This document shows, in pieces, positions 27,300 through 36,333 of a DNA stretch of 64,000 nt; the first letter of the stretch is position 1, and each line of letters opens with the position of its first letter. The DNA lies in IMG/VR virus record IMGVR_UViG_3300007352_000001, positions 1-64,000 of that record; one strand, written 5' to 3'. Position numbers and translations under genes: made by a program. The notes under the pieces are model-generated. The model saw nothing but the letters and a program-made list of their open reading frames with translations. It had not been told where the DNA came from and searched no databases.

Positions 27300-29036
27300 A
27301 TGATGCGGAAGTTGGTTCTGATCGTCGCAACGCTCCTGATTGCGAACACAGTCAGCGCGGAAAACTGGACGCAGTTCCGGCGCGATGAGCGCCACTCTGG
27401 CTGGGCCACGCTGACGCTCGATACGCCGCTGCATCTCGTCTACGACGGCACGCTGCGCTGGTACAAAAGCGGATGGGTGCCGTCCCCGGCCGTGCAGGTC
27501 GACAACCTGACGATCCGCAACGACACGGTGATGCTGATGGGCTCGGTCGCGGGCGGTGACCCCAAGCAAGCGCACGGCGCCGCGCGGTGGGCCGCGTACC
27601 TCTCGCGCTCGAAGAACTTCGCCAACGCCAAGCCAGGCGGACAGGCTGCCTACCGGCCGTCGCTCTATTTCCTGGAGAGCATCACCCCGAAAGCGGGCAT
27701 CGAGACGGACTCGGGGCACCACCCGTGCCAGTTCTCCATGGGCCTCACCGATGCCGGCGGCTGGATGATGGAGTCGGGCTTCCTGAAGTTCAGCGGCAAC
27801 GTCGTCAGCACGCGCATGCAGTCGGACATCTTCGGCCCGTCGATCTGTCGCGATGACGACTCCGAGGGCCTCTTCATCTCGCGCCAGCAGTGGCATGGCG
27901 GCGGCATGTACGCCCGCCGGCAACCTATGCGGAGCCAGGCCACGGGCACGGGGACGCTCTGGGCGCAGTGGGGCGCGGTCCCTGACGGCGACAACAGCGG
28001 CGACGTCCTCGGCTACACCATCGCCTACGATGCGGTGTACGCCGGCCAGTACCTCGTCAGCAACTTCGTCACCTCGGTCGGCAACCCGAAGAACCTGCCC
28101 AAGAACTACGAGTTCGCCCCAGAGGTCTCCGGCCTTTGCAGCTGGCAGCTGAATCCGCAGCAGCGCCTCTCGTGCCGGCCGGGCTCGTGGGGGCAACTGG
28201 CGACCGACGGGATCCGCCTGTGGACCTACGAGCAGACGCCGTACGAGCGCATCCCCGACGGCTACTGGCAGGTTGGCGGGGCCTCGCGAAAGCTCGTCGC
28301 GCTCAGCATCCCTGACCTGGTCACGATCTTCGAGGCGGATGTCGGCAACATCCCGCTGAACGTGCAGGACGCGCCGCTGGTCGGCCCGTCAGTGATCGCT
28401 ACGATCGCCTACCACAACGATCAGCCGTTCATCGAAGCGTACGACCAGGTGACGTTCACGAAGCTCTGGTCGCGCACCGTGCCGATAGTGCCGCGCTCGG
28501 GCGGCTGCGCCTACTGGCCGGCCCGTGGCACAGAGCAGGTCGTGCTTGCTGCCTCCGGCGACACCATCGTCGTCGCCTCCAACGGCATCAGCGTGCTCGA
28601 CGCCACCACGGGCGAGCTGCTCTTCCAGGACAAGCTCGGCACCACCTACTTCAATCCAGTCATCGCCGACGGGCAACTGTTCGTGCTCCGCGATGATTCT
28701 GGACCGGGGCAAGATCCGGTGACCAACAACTGCTCGGGCAATGCGCTGGAGGTGTGGGCGGGGGTCAACGTTCCGACCATCCCACTCACCCCGCCACCGA
28801 CCGCCAAGCCGACGCTCACCGGAACAGCCACGCGGATCCCGACGCGGACCGCCACGGAGACGCGCACGGCCACGCGTACACGGACGCCGAGGCCTACACG
28901 GACACCGACCACGACGCGCACGGGTACGCGCACCGCTTCACCGACGCGCACACCAAGCGCAGCGCCAGCGTCTCCCACGCCGACCGAGTGCACGTGTCCG
29001 TGTCCGTGCCCGCCGACGGCAATCGGAGCGCAGTGA
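27300..29036 (+). CDS. secreted PQQ-like beta-propeller protein with Pro/Thr-rich tail
   Basis: Signal peptide; NWTQFRRDERHSG; VLDATTGELLF; PVIADGQLFV; PT/RT repeats. Confidence 0.75.
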   Translation: MMRKLVLIVATLLIANTVSAENWTQFRRDERHSGWATLTLDTPLHLVYDGTLRWYKSGWVPSPAVQVDNLTIRNDTVMLMGSVAGGDPKQAHGAARWAAYLSRSKNFANAKPGGQAAYRPSLYFLESITPKAGIETDSGHHPCQFSMGLTDAGGWMMESGFLKFSGNVVSTRMQSDIFGPSICRDDDSEGLFISRQQWHGGGMYARRQPMRSQATGTGTLWAQWGAVPDGDNSGDVLGYTIAYDAVYAGQYLVSNFVTSVGNPKNLPKNYEFAPEVSGLCSWQLNPQQRLSCRPGSWGQLATDGIRLWTYEQTPYERIPDGYWQVGGASRKLVALSIPDLVTIFEADVGNIPLNVQDAPLVGPSVIATIAYHNDQPFIEAYDQVTFTKLWSRTVPIVPRSGGCAYWPARGTEQVVLAASGDTIVVASNGISVLDATTGELLFQDKLGTTYFNPVIADGQLFVLRDDSGPGQDPVTNNCSGNALEVWAGVNVPTIPLTPPPTAKPTLTGTATRIPTRTATETRTATRTRTPRPTRTPTTTRTGTRTASPTRTPSAAPASPTPTECTCPCPCPPTAIGAQ

Positions 29037-29395
29037 TGCCAGTCCTCGAAGACGGCACTGGCATTCTGTTCGATCCGCCGGAAGAGGACCCGTCTTTCGA
29101 TCAGGACCTGAAGGAAGAGGAAGCGATTCGCCCGAAGGAGGCGAACGTCTTCCAGTTGCAGATGGACAGCTTCGACTACTTCCAAGTGTTCTGGGTCGAT
29201 GCCCAGGGCGGCAAGCACTGGCAGGAGTTCGCAGACTACGCCGTGCTCGAACGGTGGGTGAAGCGCCAGGTCCGTGATGAGTGGCTCGCCGAGCAGGGGC
29301 TCACGATGATGTCGAACTTCCGACTCGCCGAGATCAACCTGCGTGACCGCACCGCCTTTCCGGTGCGCGGTTACAACAAGGTTGGCCAACTCTGA
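29036..29395 (+). CDS. hypothetical protein
   Basis: TGATG coupling; acidic. Confidence 0.6.
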   Translation: MPVLEDGTGILFDPPEEDPSFDQDLKEEEAIRPKEANVFQLQMDSFDYFQVFWVDAQGGKHWQEFADYAVLERWVKRQVRDEWLAEQGLTMMSNFRLAEINLRDRTAFPVRGYNKVGQL

Positions 29396-29439
29396 GCCTC
29401 GCGCGTCTGGGAAAGGAGTTTTGGCTCGGAGGTATCACG

Positions 29440-31660
29440 GTGAAAACGTCCCTACGTGGTTGCGCGCTCGCGCTCATGATCGTCGTCGCGCTGGCACAGG
29501 CTGCAGCAGGCGTGACGTACACCGTCACCAGCACCTGCGATACGGGCGACGCCTCTCCGGATGGGACGTGCAGTGACCCGTGCTGTCTGCGCGAATCCAT
29601 CGACGAGGTGAACGCTGGCAGTGGCGGCGACACCATCGCGTTCGCCATCCCCGGCGCCGGCCCGCACACCATCACGCTCGGCTCGGCCTTGCCGACGATC
29701 AGCAAGGCGAACACCGTCATTGACGGCACCACCCAGAGTGGGACGGTGTGCTGCACAGGCTGGGACTGTTCGGCCGCGGTGTGGAAGATCCGCATCGACG
29801 CGAACGGCGGGGACTTCAACATCATCGAGTTCACCCTGGGTGCGACCGACGCGATCGTGCGCGGTCTGGAACTGATCAACGACGACCCAGACGCAGAATA
29901 CGGTCTGACGTTCGACACGGTCGAGTCGGTCACCTGCAACAGCATCCACGGCGGGCGCGGCGGCATTGCGATGTCGAACGGCGGGACCATCGGTGGCGTT
30001 GGGGTCAACGACGCGAACGTCGTCTACGACACCGGGGAGTTTGGCCTCACCTCTCGCGGCACCACCGGCACGAACGTCATCACCGGCAACGTCGTCTGCT
30101 TGGCGCCCGACGGGGAGACCGACGGCGGGCCGATGAACTACGGCATCTACGCTGAAGACTCCGTCGACTTGGTGATCACCAACAATCTCGCCGCCAGCTG
30201 TGATGTGGCCGGCATTCTCACTCGCAGCAGCGGGACGGTCGACACGGTAGTGACCGAGAACACGCTAGGGCCGACGCGCAGTGGCGCAACCACCCACTGC
30301 TTCGGATTCACGGTGATCGAGGACAACGGCACCGGCACCAGCCTGAGCGACAACACGCTCTGCCCACAAATCGGCTGCTGCAACGTGACCGGACTCGAAG
30401 AGTTCGACGTGACCTGCGTCGACCACACCCTCGGCTCAGGCAATCCCTACTCTCAAGCGGACTGTCTGGAGATTGTGGGTGGGGTTGGCGGGGTGCCGAC
30501 GAGTTTCAACCCTGACGCTGTCTGCGACCCGGATGTGAGTGGTACCTGTCCGGCAGCGGTACCGACCGCCACGCCGACTGTCACGGCGACCGCCACCGCC
30601 ACGGCAACGCCCACGTCTGGAGGCCTGACCGACGTCGTTGTCGTGCCGGGCTCGCAAGAATGCCCATCACCGTACGAGACGTTGCTCGCCGGCCACGTGC
30701 CGTACGCGAGCATCGCCCAGCAGTTGCGCGGCGCGTGCCTGCAGCAGCCGCGCAACGAGTTCACGATCGGCCCGTGCGCGGTCTGTGGCAGCGCGCAGCA
30801 CGTCGCCATGGTGCTCGGACGCCAGACGTGCCCTGCCGGGTCCGCGACAGTGTCCGGCTCGATCTACACTTGGGCGGGCCTCTCGGATCAGTTGTGTTGG
30901 CCGACCCCGCCCGACGAAGTCGCGACGGCCGCGGGATCCTGTGTGCTGTGTCAGACGGACGACCCAGTGTTCTCGGTGCACGGGGCGGCAACCTGCCCCC
31001 AGCCCATTCACCGCCTACACCACCGGCAACGTCTACCAGTGGCCGTTGAAGCACCAGGCTGACGGGCTCTGCTGGACGTCCGCTCCGCAAGGGCTCGCCA
31101 CCACGGTCGGCCCGTGCGCCCTGTGCACCAACAGCGTGCGGCCGTTCACTGTGTACGGCACCAGCGCGTGCCCCGACGGCACAACGCAGGTCTACGCGGG
31201 AGGCATCTACCAGTACGGCCTCGGCCCGAAGGTCGATCGCGAGTGCTGGAAGAACCCACCGTCGGCGAGCGCCCTGCAGGTCGGCCCGTGTGCGCGGTGC
31301 GTGGGCAACGGCAAGGAAGTCACCATCAACGGACAGTACGGCTGCCCTGGTGGGTGGACGAAGCTCGCCGACGGGCAAGCCTACTCGTGGAGTCCTGCCC
31401 AGCGGCCGTCAGACCAGTGCTGGCAGCGCGCCCCGACGAACGTCCTGTCACAGCCGGTCGGCCCGTGCTCGCTCTGCCAGCCGTCGACCGACGTCGTCTC
31501 GCTGCTCGGCGCGACGCGCTGCCCCGACACCGCCATCACTACGATCTCCGGCAACGTGTACTTCTGGCCCGGAGGACTCGTCGACAACGCCTGCTGGGTA
31601 CAGCCGGCGTACGACACGACGATGTCCTACATGCCCTGCCAGCTGTGCGTGCTGCCGTAG
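29440..31660 (+). pseudogene. secreted CSLREA-domain/beta-helix protein with six Cys-rich repeats, interrupted by a +1 frameshift
   Basis: Signal peptide, YTVTS..D..D..PDGTC...CCLRESI, PT linker; C5 run at 30996-31000 splits repeat 3. Confidence 0.7.
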
Positions 31661-31679
31661 GTTCAAGAGGGAGCCTCAC

Positions 31680-31964
31680 ATGCTCGATCCGTCCGGAAGC
31701 CGCGACTTCCTCGTCATCGACGCGGTGCCTCGCATCGGCGGCGATCTTCCCGGTGCGGATGACACCGGGGTGCCGCGCGCGGCCGGCCCTATCTCCATCG
31801 CGCATCCGCTTCAGGCTGGGGAGCGCGTTCGTACCCTGTCCGGCATGGCTGTCGTGCTGGGCGTCACCGGATCCCGCGCAACCCTGCGACTGGATCATAC
31901 CTTCGACGAGATCGTCGTGAACGCCAGCGGCTCCTCCGGTAGCCACTGGAGCACCTCGGTCTAA
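31680..31964 (+). CDS. small SH3-like hypothetical protein
   Basis: GAGGGAG RBS; LQAGERVRT..G.AVV. Confidence 0.55.
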   Translation: MLDPSGSRDFLVIDAVPRIGGDLPGADDTGVPRAAGPISIAHPLQAGERVRTLSGMAVVLGVTGSRATLRLDHTFDEIVVNASGSSGSHWSTSV

Positions 31965-31988
31965 CAACCCCACAGGAGGGAACGCACC

Positions 31989-32402
31989 ATGAGTGGAGCG
32001 ACTTCGTTCGCCCAGCTGGTCGCGGCCCACATGGACGGGATGCACCCGACGTCTGTCGTCGAGAGCATGCTGGGTCCGGATCGCACGGACGACTTCACCA
32101 GTGACGACGTGCGAGCCCGCGAGTTCACCCGCATCGCCTCGCAAGCAGCGTCGGCCTTCCCGTACATCGGGCCGGACTGGATCGGCACGATCGCGCAGGC
32201 AGTCCGCCAGGCTGATGCGCAGGGCATGCAGGAACTCGTCCGCATGTCTACCCAGAACCGTGATCAGTATGCGGGCACCGCCCGCATCGACTCTGACGGG
32301 TCGTTCGCGCTCTGGGACGCGATTCTCAAGGGGCTGCTCGCGGTGCCGACCACCCAGCTGCCGCCGCCCGCCCCGCCGCTGAACACGGCCCCGCTTCCGT
32401 AA
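31989..32402 (+). CDS. hypothetical protein with N-terminal helical tag
   Basis: AGGAGG RBS; FAQLVAAHMDGMHPTSVVES. Confidence 0.7.
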   Translation: MSGATSFAQLVAAHMDGMHPTSVVESMLGPDRTDDFTSDDVRAREFTRIASQAASAFPYIGPDWIGTIAQAVRQADAQGMQELVRMSTQNRDQYAGTARIDSDGSFALWDAILKGLLAVPTTQLPPPAPPLNTAPLP

Positions 32403-32406
32403 GGTC

Positions 32407-32631
32407 GTGGCGATCTACCCGGATACCTCGGAGTTCGAGCATCCGGAGTTCACTGAAGCGGATCTCCCTGCGCTGCGTACGCACCTCGAAAACGCCGCGC
32501 AGCAGTTGGAGCTAGCGCTCCGACTGACCACCCACACGTCCAACCACAACCTGCGCGCCTGGCAATCGCGGATCGCGAATCTGCGCCACGGCGTGCACGG
32601 GCTGCTGAACCAGCTCCGGCATCGGTTCTAG
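32407..32631 (+). CDS. small helical hypothetical protein
   Basis: 74-aa ORF. Confidence 0.5.
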   Translation: MAIYPDTSEFEHPEFTEADLPALRTHLENAAQQLELALRLTTHTSNHNLRAWQSRIANLRHGVHGLLNQLRHRF

Positions 32632-32655
32632 CCCGACTTTCCCAGGAGGTTCATC

Positions 32656-33528
32656 ATGCAGAGTTCCGGTCGCCGGCAGCTGTCGGCACCCAAGGGGACT
32701 GCGTTCACCGGCACGGGTGTGATGGCGGCTTCGACGTCGGCTACGGTCTACGCCAACGCCAACACCACGCTCACGGCCAACGCGGCAAAGGCAGCGACGA
32801 GCATCGCCGTCGCCGAACGCCGCGGCATCCAGGCGTCGCAGTCGCTGATCGTCGGCTTCGGAGCCGATTCGCAAGAAGTCGTCACCGTCGACGGTGGGTA
32901 CTCGCCGGCCACCGGCGCGGGCTCGGTCACGGTGTCGGCGCTCAAGAAGGCACACCTCGACAACGAGACGGTCGTCGAGCAGCTGTCGAACACCCCGGTC
33001 ATGCCGGGCACGGTGGTCGTGAAGTCCGGCTCGGATGTCGCTGGCGTCGACGACGGCGCTGGCAACCTGGTCGCCAGCGGCGTTGCCGACCCGATCAGCA
33101 CCGGCACGATCGACTACACCAGCGGCGCGGTCAGCGTGACGTTCGGTGGGTCGTCGTCGCGCACCATGACCTACAACGGCGACAAGTTCTCCGACCAGGG
33201 CGCGATCGACTCGCTCGACGGCTCGGGGTTCTACCGCAACTTCCAGGTCCTGCAGTACACGCGCTTCGACGCGCCGGACAACGTCGCGCTCAAGAACCTC
33301 GGCACCACCACGGTCAGCTGGCTCGTCGAGAAGTCGCTGAACGGTGGCAAGTCGTTCAAGAGCGCGGGCAAGTCGGGCACGCTCAGCTCGCTCGCCAAGG
33401 CCGTGTCGATGCTCAACTCGGGCGCCGGCACGGACATGGTGCGCATCCGCGCTGGCGCTGCGTCCACGGGTTCGTCGTCGGTCCTCGAAGTCGACACGTA
33501 CTCGGACATCTCGGACAACGGCCAGTAA
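32656..33528 (+). CDS. putative virion structural protein
   Basis: AGGAGG RBS; Ser/Thr/Gly/Ala-rich beta protein; shares a domain with the capsid-protein insertion. Confidence 0.65.
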   Translation: MQSSGRRQLSAPKGTAFTGTGVMAASTSATVYANANTTLTANAAKAATSIAVAERRGIQASQSLIVGFGADSQEVVTVDGGYSPATGAGSVTVSALKKAHLDNETVVEQLSNTPVMPGTVVVKSGSDVAGVDDGAGNLVASGVADPISTGTIDYTSGAVSVTFGGSSSRTMTYNGDKFSDQGAIDSLDGSGFYRNFQVLQYTRFDAPDNVALKNLGTTTVSWLVEKSLNGGKSFKSAGKSGTLSSLAKAVSMLNSGAGTDMVRIRAGAASTGSSSVLEVDTYSDISDNGQ

Positions 33529-33564
33529 GCCGGCGTCCGCCCAACTCACAGGTCACGATCGCCG

Positions 33565-34377
33565 ATGCCTGGTCCGGATTTCGCCGTCGACGGCTTGTCT
33601 CCCACTCAAGTGCCGGGGCTGGGTCTCCAGCCCCGGTCACTCGGGAGCTGCAACAAGTGCCGCTACTACGGCGAGCCGGCGTTCGACGATCGCTGCCCTC
33701 AGTGCGGAGATCCTATGGAACTGAAGACGCCTGCAAATCCTGCTGCCGACACGCGTACCAACGCGCCAGGCAGTCAGCCGCAGGCGCCCGCGGCGCTCAC
33801 CTCGTCCGCCGACCAATCGACCATGGAATCCATGGTCGAGGGGGCTGACGGACTGGAGTGCGCCTTCTGCGGGTTGGTCATGGGCCTCGAAGAGGAGTGC
33901 TGCCCGCGGTGCGGGCTCACGGTGGAAAACACCGAGAGTTCTTTCGCAGCCAGTGCCTCCTCGCCGAAGTCCTACCAGCCTGGCGGGCTCCTGCCTTCCG
34001 AAGATCATCCCATGAACTGCGCAGCCTGCGGCATGCCCGTGGGTGAGTCGCTCTGCAACAACTGCGGCTTCCGTGCAGTCAGCGAAGACGAGGACCTCTC
34101 GTGGTCCGACATCGTCTCGCCGGCTGTCCACGCGAACTCCCGCTTCGCGGTCTCGGCCGCGATGCAGTGCGACGAGCAGGGACTGAAGCAGCTGGCCAAC
34201 TCGCTCGTCTGGGGCGAGGACGGTCAGCGGCAGCTCGACCCGGAACAGCTGGCCGGCGAGCCGCCCAAGTGGCTCCCAGCACAGCACGAGTCGCTCTGGC
34301 GCGATCTCGTCACGGACCACTCGTACACCACGTACCGTGACGCGGTCTTCGCGCTCAAGCGCGAACTCCTGGCCTGA
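33565..34377 (+). CDS. multi-zinc-ribbon protein
   Basis: Three CxxC...CxxCG ribbons. Confidence 0.65.
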   Translation: MPGPDFAVDGLSPTQVPGLGLQPRSLGSCNKCRYYGEPAFDDRCPQCGDPMELKTPANPAADTRTNAPGSQPQAPAALTSSADQSTMESMVEGADGLECAFCGLVMGLEEECCPRCGLTVENTESSFAASASSPKSYQPGGLLPSEDHPMNCAACGMPVGESLCNNCGFRAVSEDEDLSWSDIVSPAVHANSRFAVSAAMQCDEQGLKQLANSLVWGEDGQRQLDPEQLAGEPPKWLPAQHESLWRDLVTDHSYTTYRDAVFALKRELLA

Positions 34378-34391
34378 CGGAGGGAACGGCG

Positions 34392-34679
34392 ATGGCAACC
34401 ATTCTCGTTCCCGGACAAGTTCCGAAGCGCGCGACCGACGGCCAGCCGCTGGCGTCGTCGAGCGACCTGAAGCCGCGATCGGAGGGGCCAGTCACGCCCT
34501 CCCAGCCGCTGCAGGTCGGCGACATCGTCGACACCAAGGACAACCGTCGTGCGCAAGTCGTCGCTGTGTCTGGGCAGCGCGCGACGCTGCTCTTCGAGCA
34601 CCTCGACCACACCGGCTACGGCGACGGCTTGATCACCGTCGACGCGTCCGGCTCGACCGGTTCGACGGGGCCGCTGTAA
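34392..34679 (+). CDS. small KOW/SH3-like protein
   Basis: GGAGG RBS; LQVGDIVDT...RAQVVAV. Confidence 0.6.
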   Translation: MATILVPGQVPKRATDGQPLASSSDLKPRSEGPVTPSQPLQVGDIVDTKDNRRAQVVAVSGQRATLLFEHLDHTGYGDGLITVDASGSTGSTGPL

Positions 34680-34683
34680 GCCC

Positions 34684-36294
34684 ATGTCGGATCCCGTTAC
34701 CTCCCCGCTCCTGCTGGAGGAGACGCGCATCTTCACGCCCCAGATCGTGGAGCGCGCAACGCCCGGTGGTCGTCTGCGACTGCAAGGCATCTACCAGCTC
34801 GGCGAGGTCGTCAACCAGAACAAGCGTCGGTACCCGAACCCGCTCTGGGATCGGTTGCTGGGGGAAGGTTCCGCGTTTCAGAACCGCGTCCGCGCTCGCC
34901 GTGTACTCGGCGAACTCGGGCACCCCAAGGACGGCAAGACGCTCCTCGAACGCGTCTCGCACCTGATCACCAAGACCTGGATCGACCCCAACGGGCGGCG
35001 TGACTGTCTCGCCTGCGAGCAGAGCCTCAACCCCGGCCACTACCACGTCATGGCCGAGGAAGAGGTGCTCAACACGCCGCACGGGAAGATCCTGGGCGAA
35101 CTCTACGAAGCTCAGGTCGAAACCGGCGTTTCCTCGCGTGGCCGCGGCACGCTCGTCCCGATGGGCGAGTACTCCAACGTCAACGACGACTACGCCATGG
35201 AGACCTTTGACCACGTGCTCGATCCGAGCACGCCTGGTGCGATGCCGCGCGTCGTGTCCGAGAACGTCGTCGGCGTCATCTCCCGCTTCGCCAACTGCGA
35301 CGCCACCCCTGCGGAACTGCAGGGGTACCGTTCCATCCTGGCTGAGGTGACCGAATCGGCCGCGCCCGAGATCCGTTCCAACGCCCACGCGGTGATGGAA
35401 GCGATCGAGGTGCGTCTTGCCAACGCGAGTCGTGGACAGGTGCAGTGCTCGGTGCCGGCGTCGGCACCCCTGCTGCACATGTCCGACAGTGATTCTCGCG
35501 TCGAGTCCCCTCTCGCCGCAACCCCAACCCTGGAGGCACGCATGACCATCACCAAGGACCTGCCCGAGGTCCGTGCGATTGTCGCCGAGGCCGTCCGCGA
35601 GCACGAGGCATCGCTCCGCACGCAGTTTGACACCGCCATGTCCGAGATGGTCGCGACGGTGGAGAGCCTGCAGCAGGAGCTGCTCGCGTCGCAGCAGCGC
35701 AATGAGGCTGCTGACCTCGTCGGCAATGAGCTGGTCTCCCAGCTCAAGGAAACGAATCTGAAGCTCACGGCGTACTCGACCGCGAACAGCGGTGGGCATG
35801 ACGTGCTGCAGAAGTTCGACACCGCCAAGGGCGTGATCGAGGAACTCATCGAGCACGTCCGCAGCCTGCGCTACGCCGAGGCCCGCGCCGATGCGGCCGA
35901 GCGTCTCCTCTCCGAGGTGGTCGCTCGCACGCAGCGCGAGCATCTGATGGCGCACGTCGACCGCCTGCTCCAGGTGGTCCCCGAAGAGCACGTCGGCCGC
36001 GTGAAGCCGTTCCTCACCGAGGCGAGCAGCATCGCCGAGGCGAACCGTCGCTTCTCCACCGTCACCGCCGCGCTCATCACCGAGGCGCCGGAGACCGAAC
36101 AGCCGGCCGCGGTGCGTACCGACGGCGCACTCCCGCCGACCGCGGGACACCACGCCGCCGCCCTCACCGAGTCGACCACGCTCGTCGGCACTCCTACCCA
36201 GGGGACGCAGGCCGGGCAGCAGGTCAACGAGAGCGTGAACATCACCCGCGCGATGGTGCGCCGGCTGTCCGGCCGCACCGCCGTCGGCGCGTAA
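34684..36294 (+). CDS. gp21: T4 gp21-type prohead protease fused to a scaffold-like coiled coil
   Basis: NQNKRRYP, GELGHP, LNTPHGKI, GVSSRGRG, FDHVLDPST; coiled-coil C-terminal half; directly upstream of the capsid gene. Confidence 0.9.
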   Translation: MSDPVTSPLLLEETRIFTPQIVERATPGGRLRLQGIYQLGEVVNQNKRRYPNPLWDRLLGEGSAFQNRVRARRVLGELGHPKDGKTLLERVSHLITKTWIDPNGRRDCLACEQSLNPGHYHVMAEEEVLNTPHGKILGELYEAQVETGVSSRGRGTLVPMGEYSNVNDDYAMETFDHVLDPSTPGAMPRVVSENVVGVISRFANCDATPAELQGYRSILAEVTESAAPEIRSNAHAVMEAIEVRLANASRGQVQCSVPASAPLLHMSDSDSRVESPLAATPTLEARMTITKDLPEVRAIVAEAVREHEASLRTQFDTAMSEMVATVESLQQELLASQQRNEAADLVGNELVSQLKETNLKLTAYSTANSGGHDVLQKFDTAKGVIEELIEHVRSLRYAEARADAAERLLSEVVARTQREHLMAHVDRLLQVVPEEHVGRVKPFLTEASSIAEANRRFSTVTAALITEAPETEQPAAVRTDGALPPTAGHHAAALTESTTLVGTPTQGTQAGQQVNESVNITRAMVRRLSGRTAVGA

Positions 36295-36333
36295 GCGCCA
36301 GGTGCGTTCACCCAACCCCCAACGAGGTACTAC

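Noticed and set aside
28780-28990. Apparent tandem DNA repeats here and at 30560-30615, 11780-11830 and 46890-47025
   Set aside because: They are low-complexity coding linkers (PT/RT, poly-Pro, D/K), not independent repeat elements.
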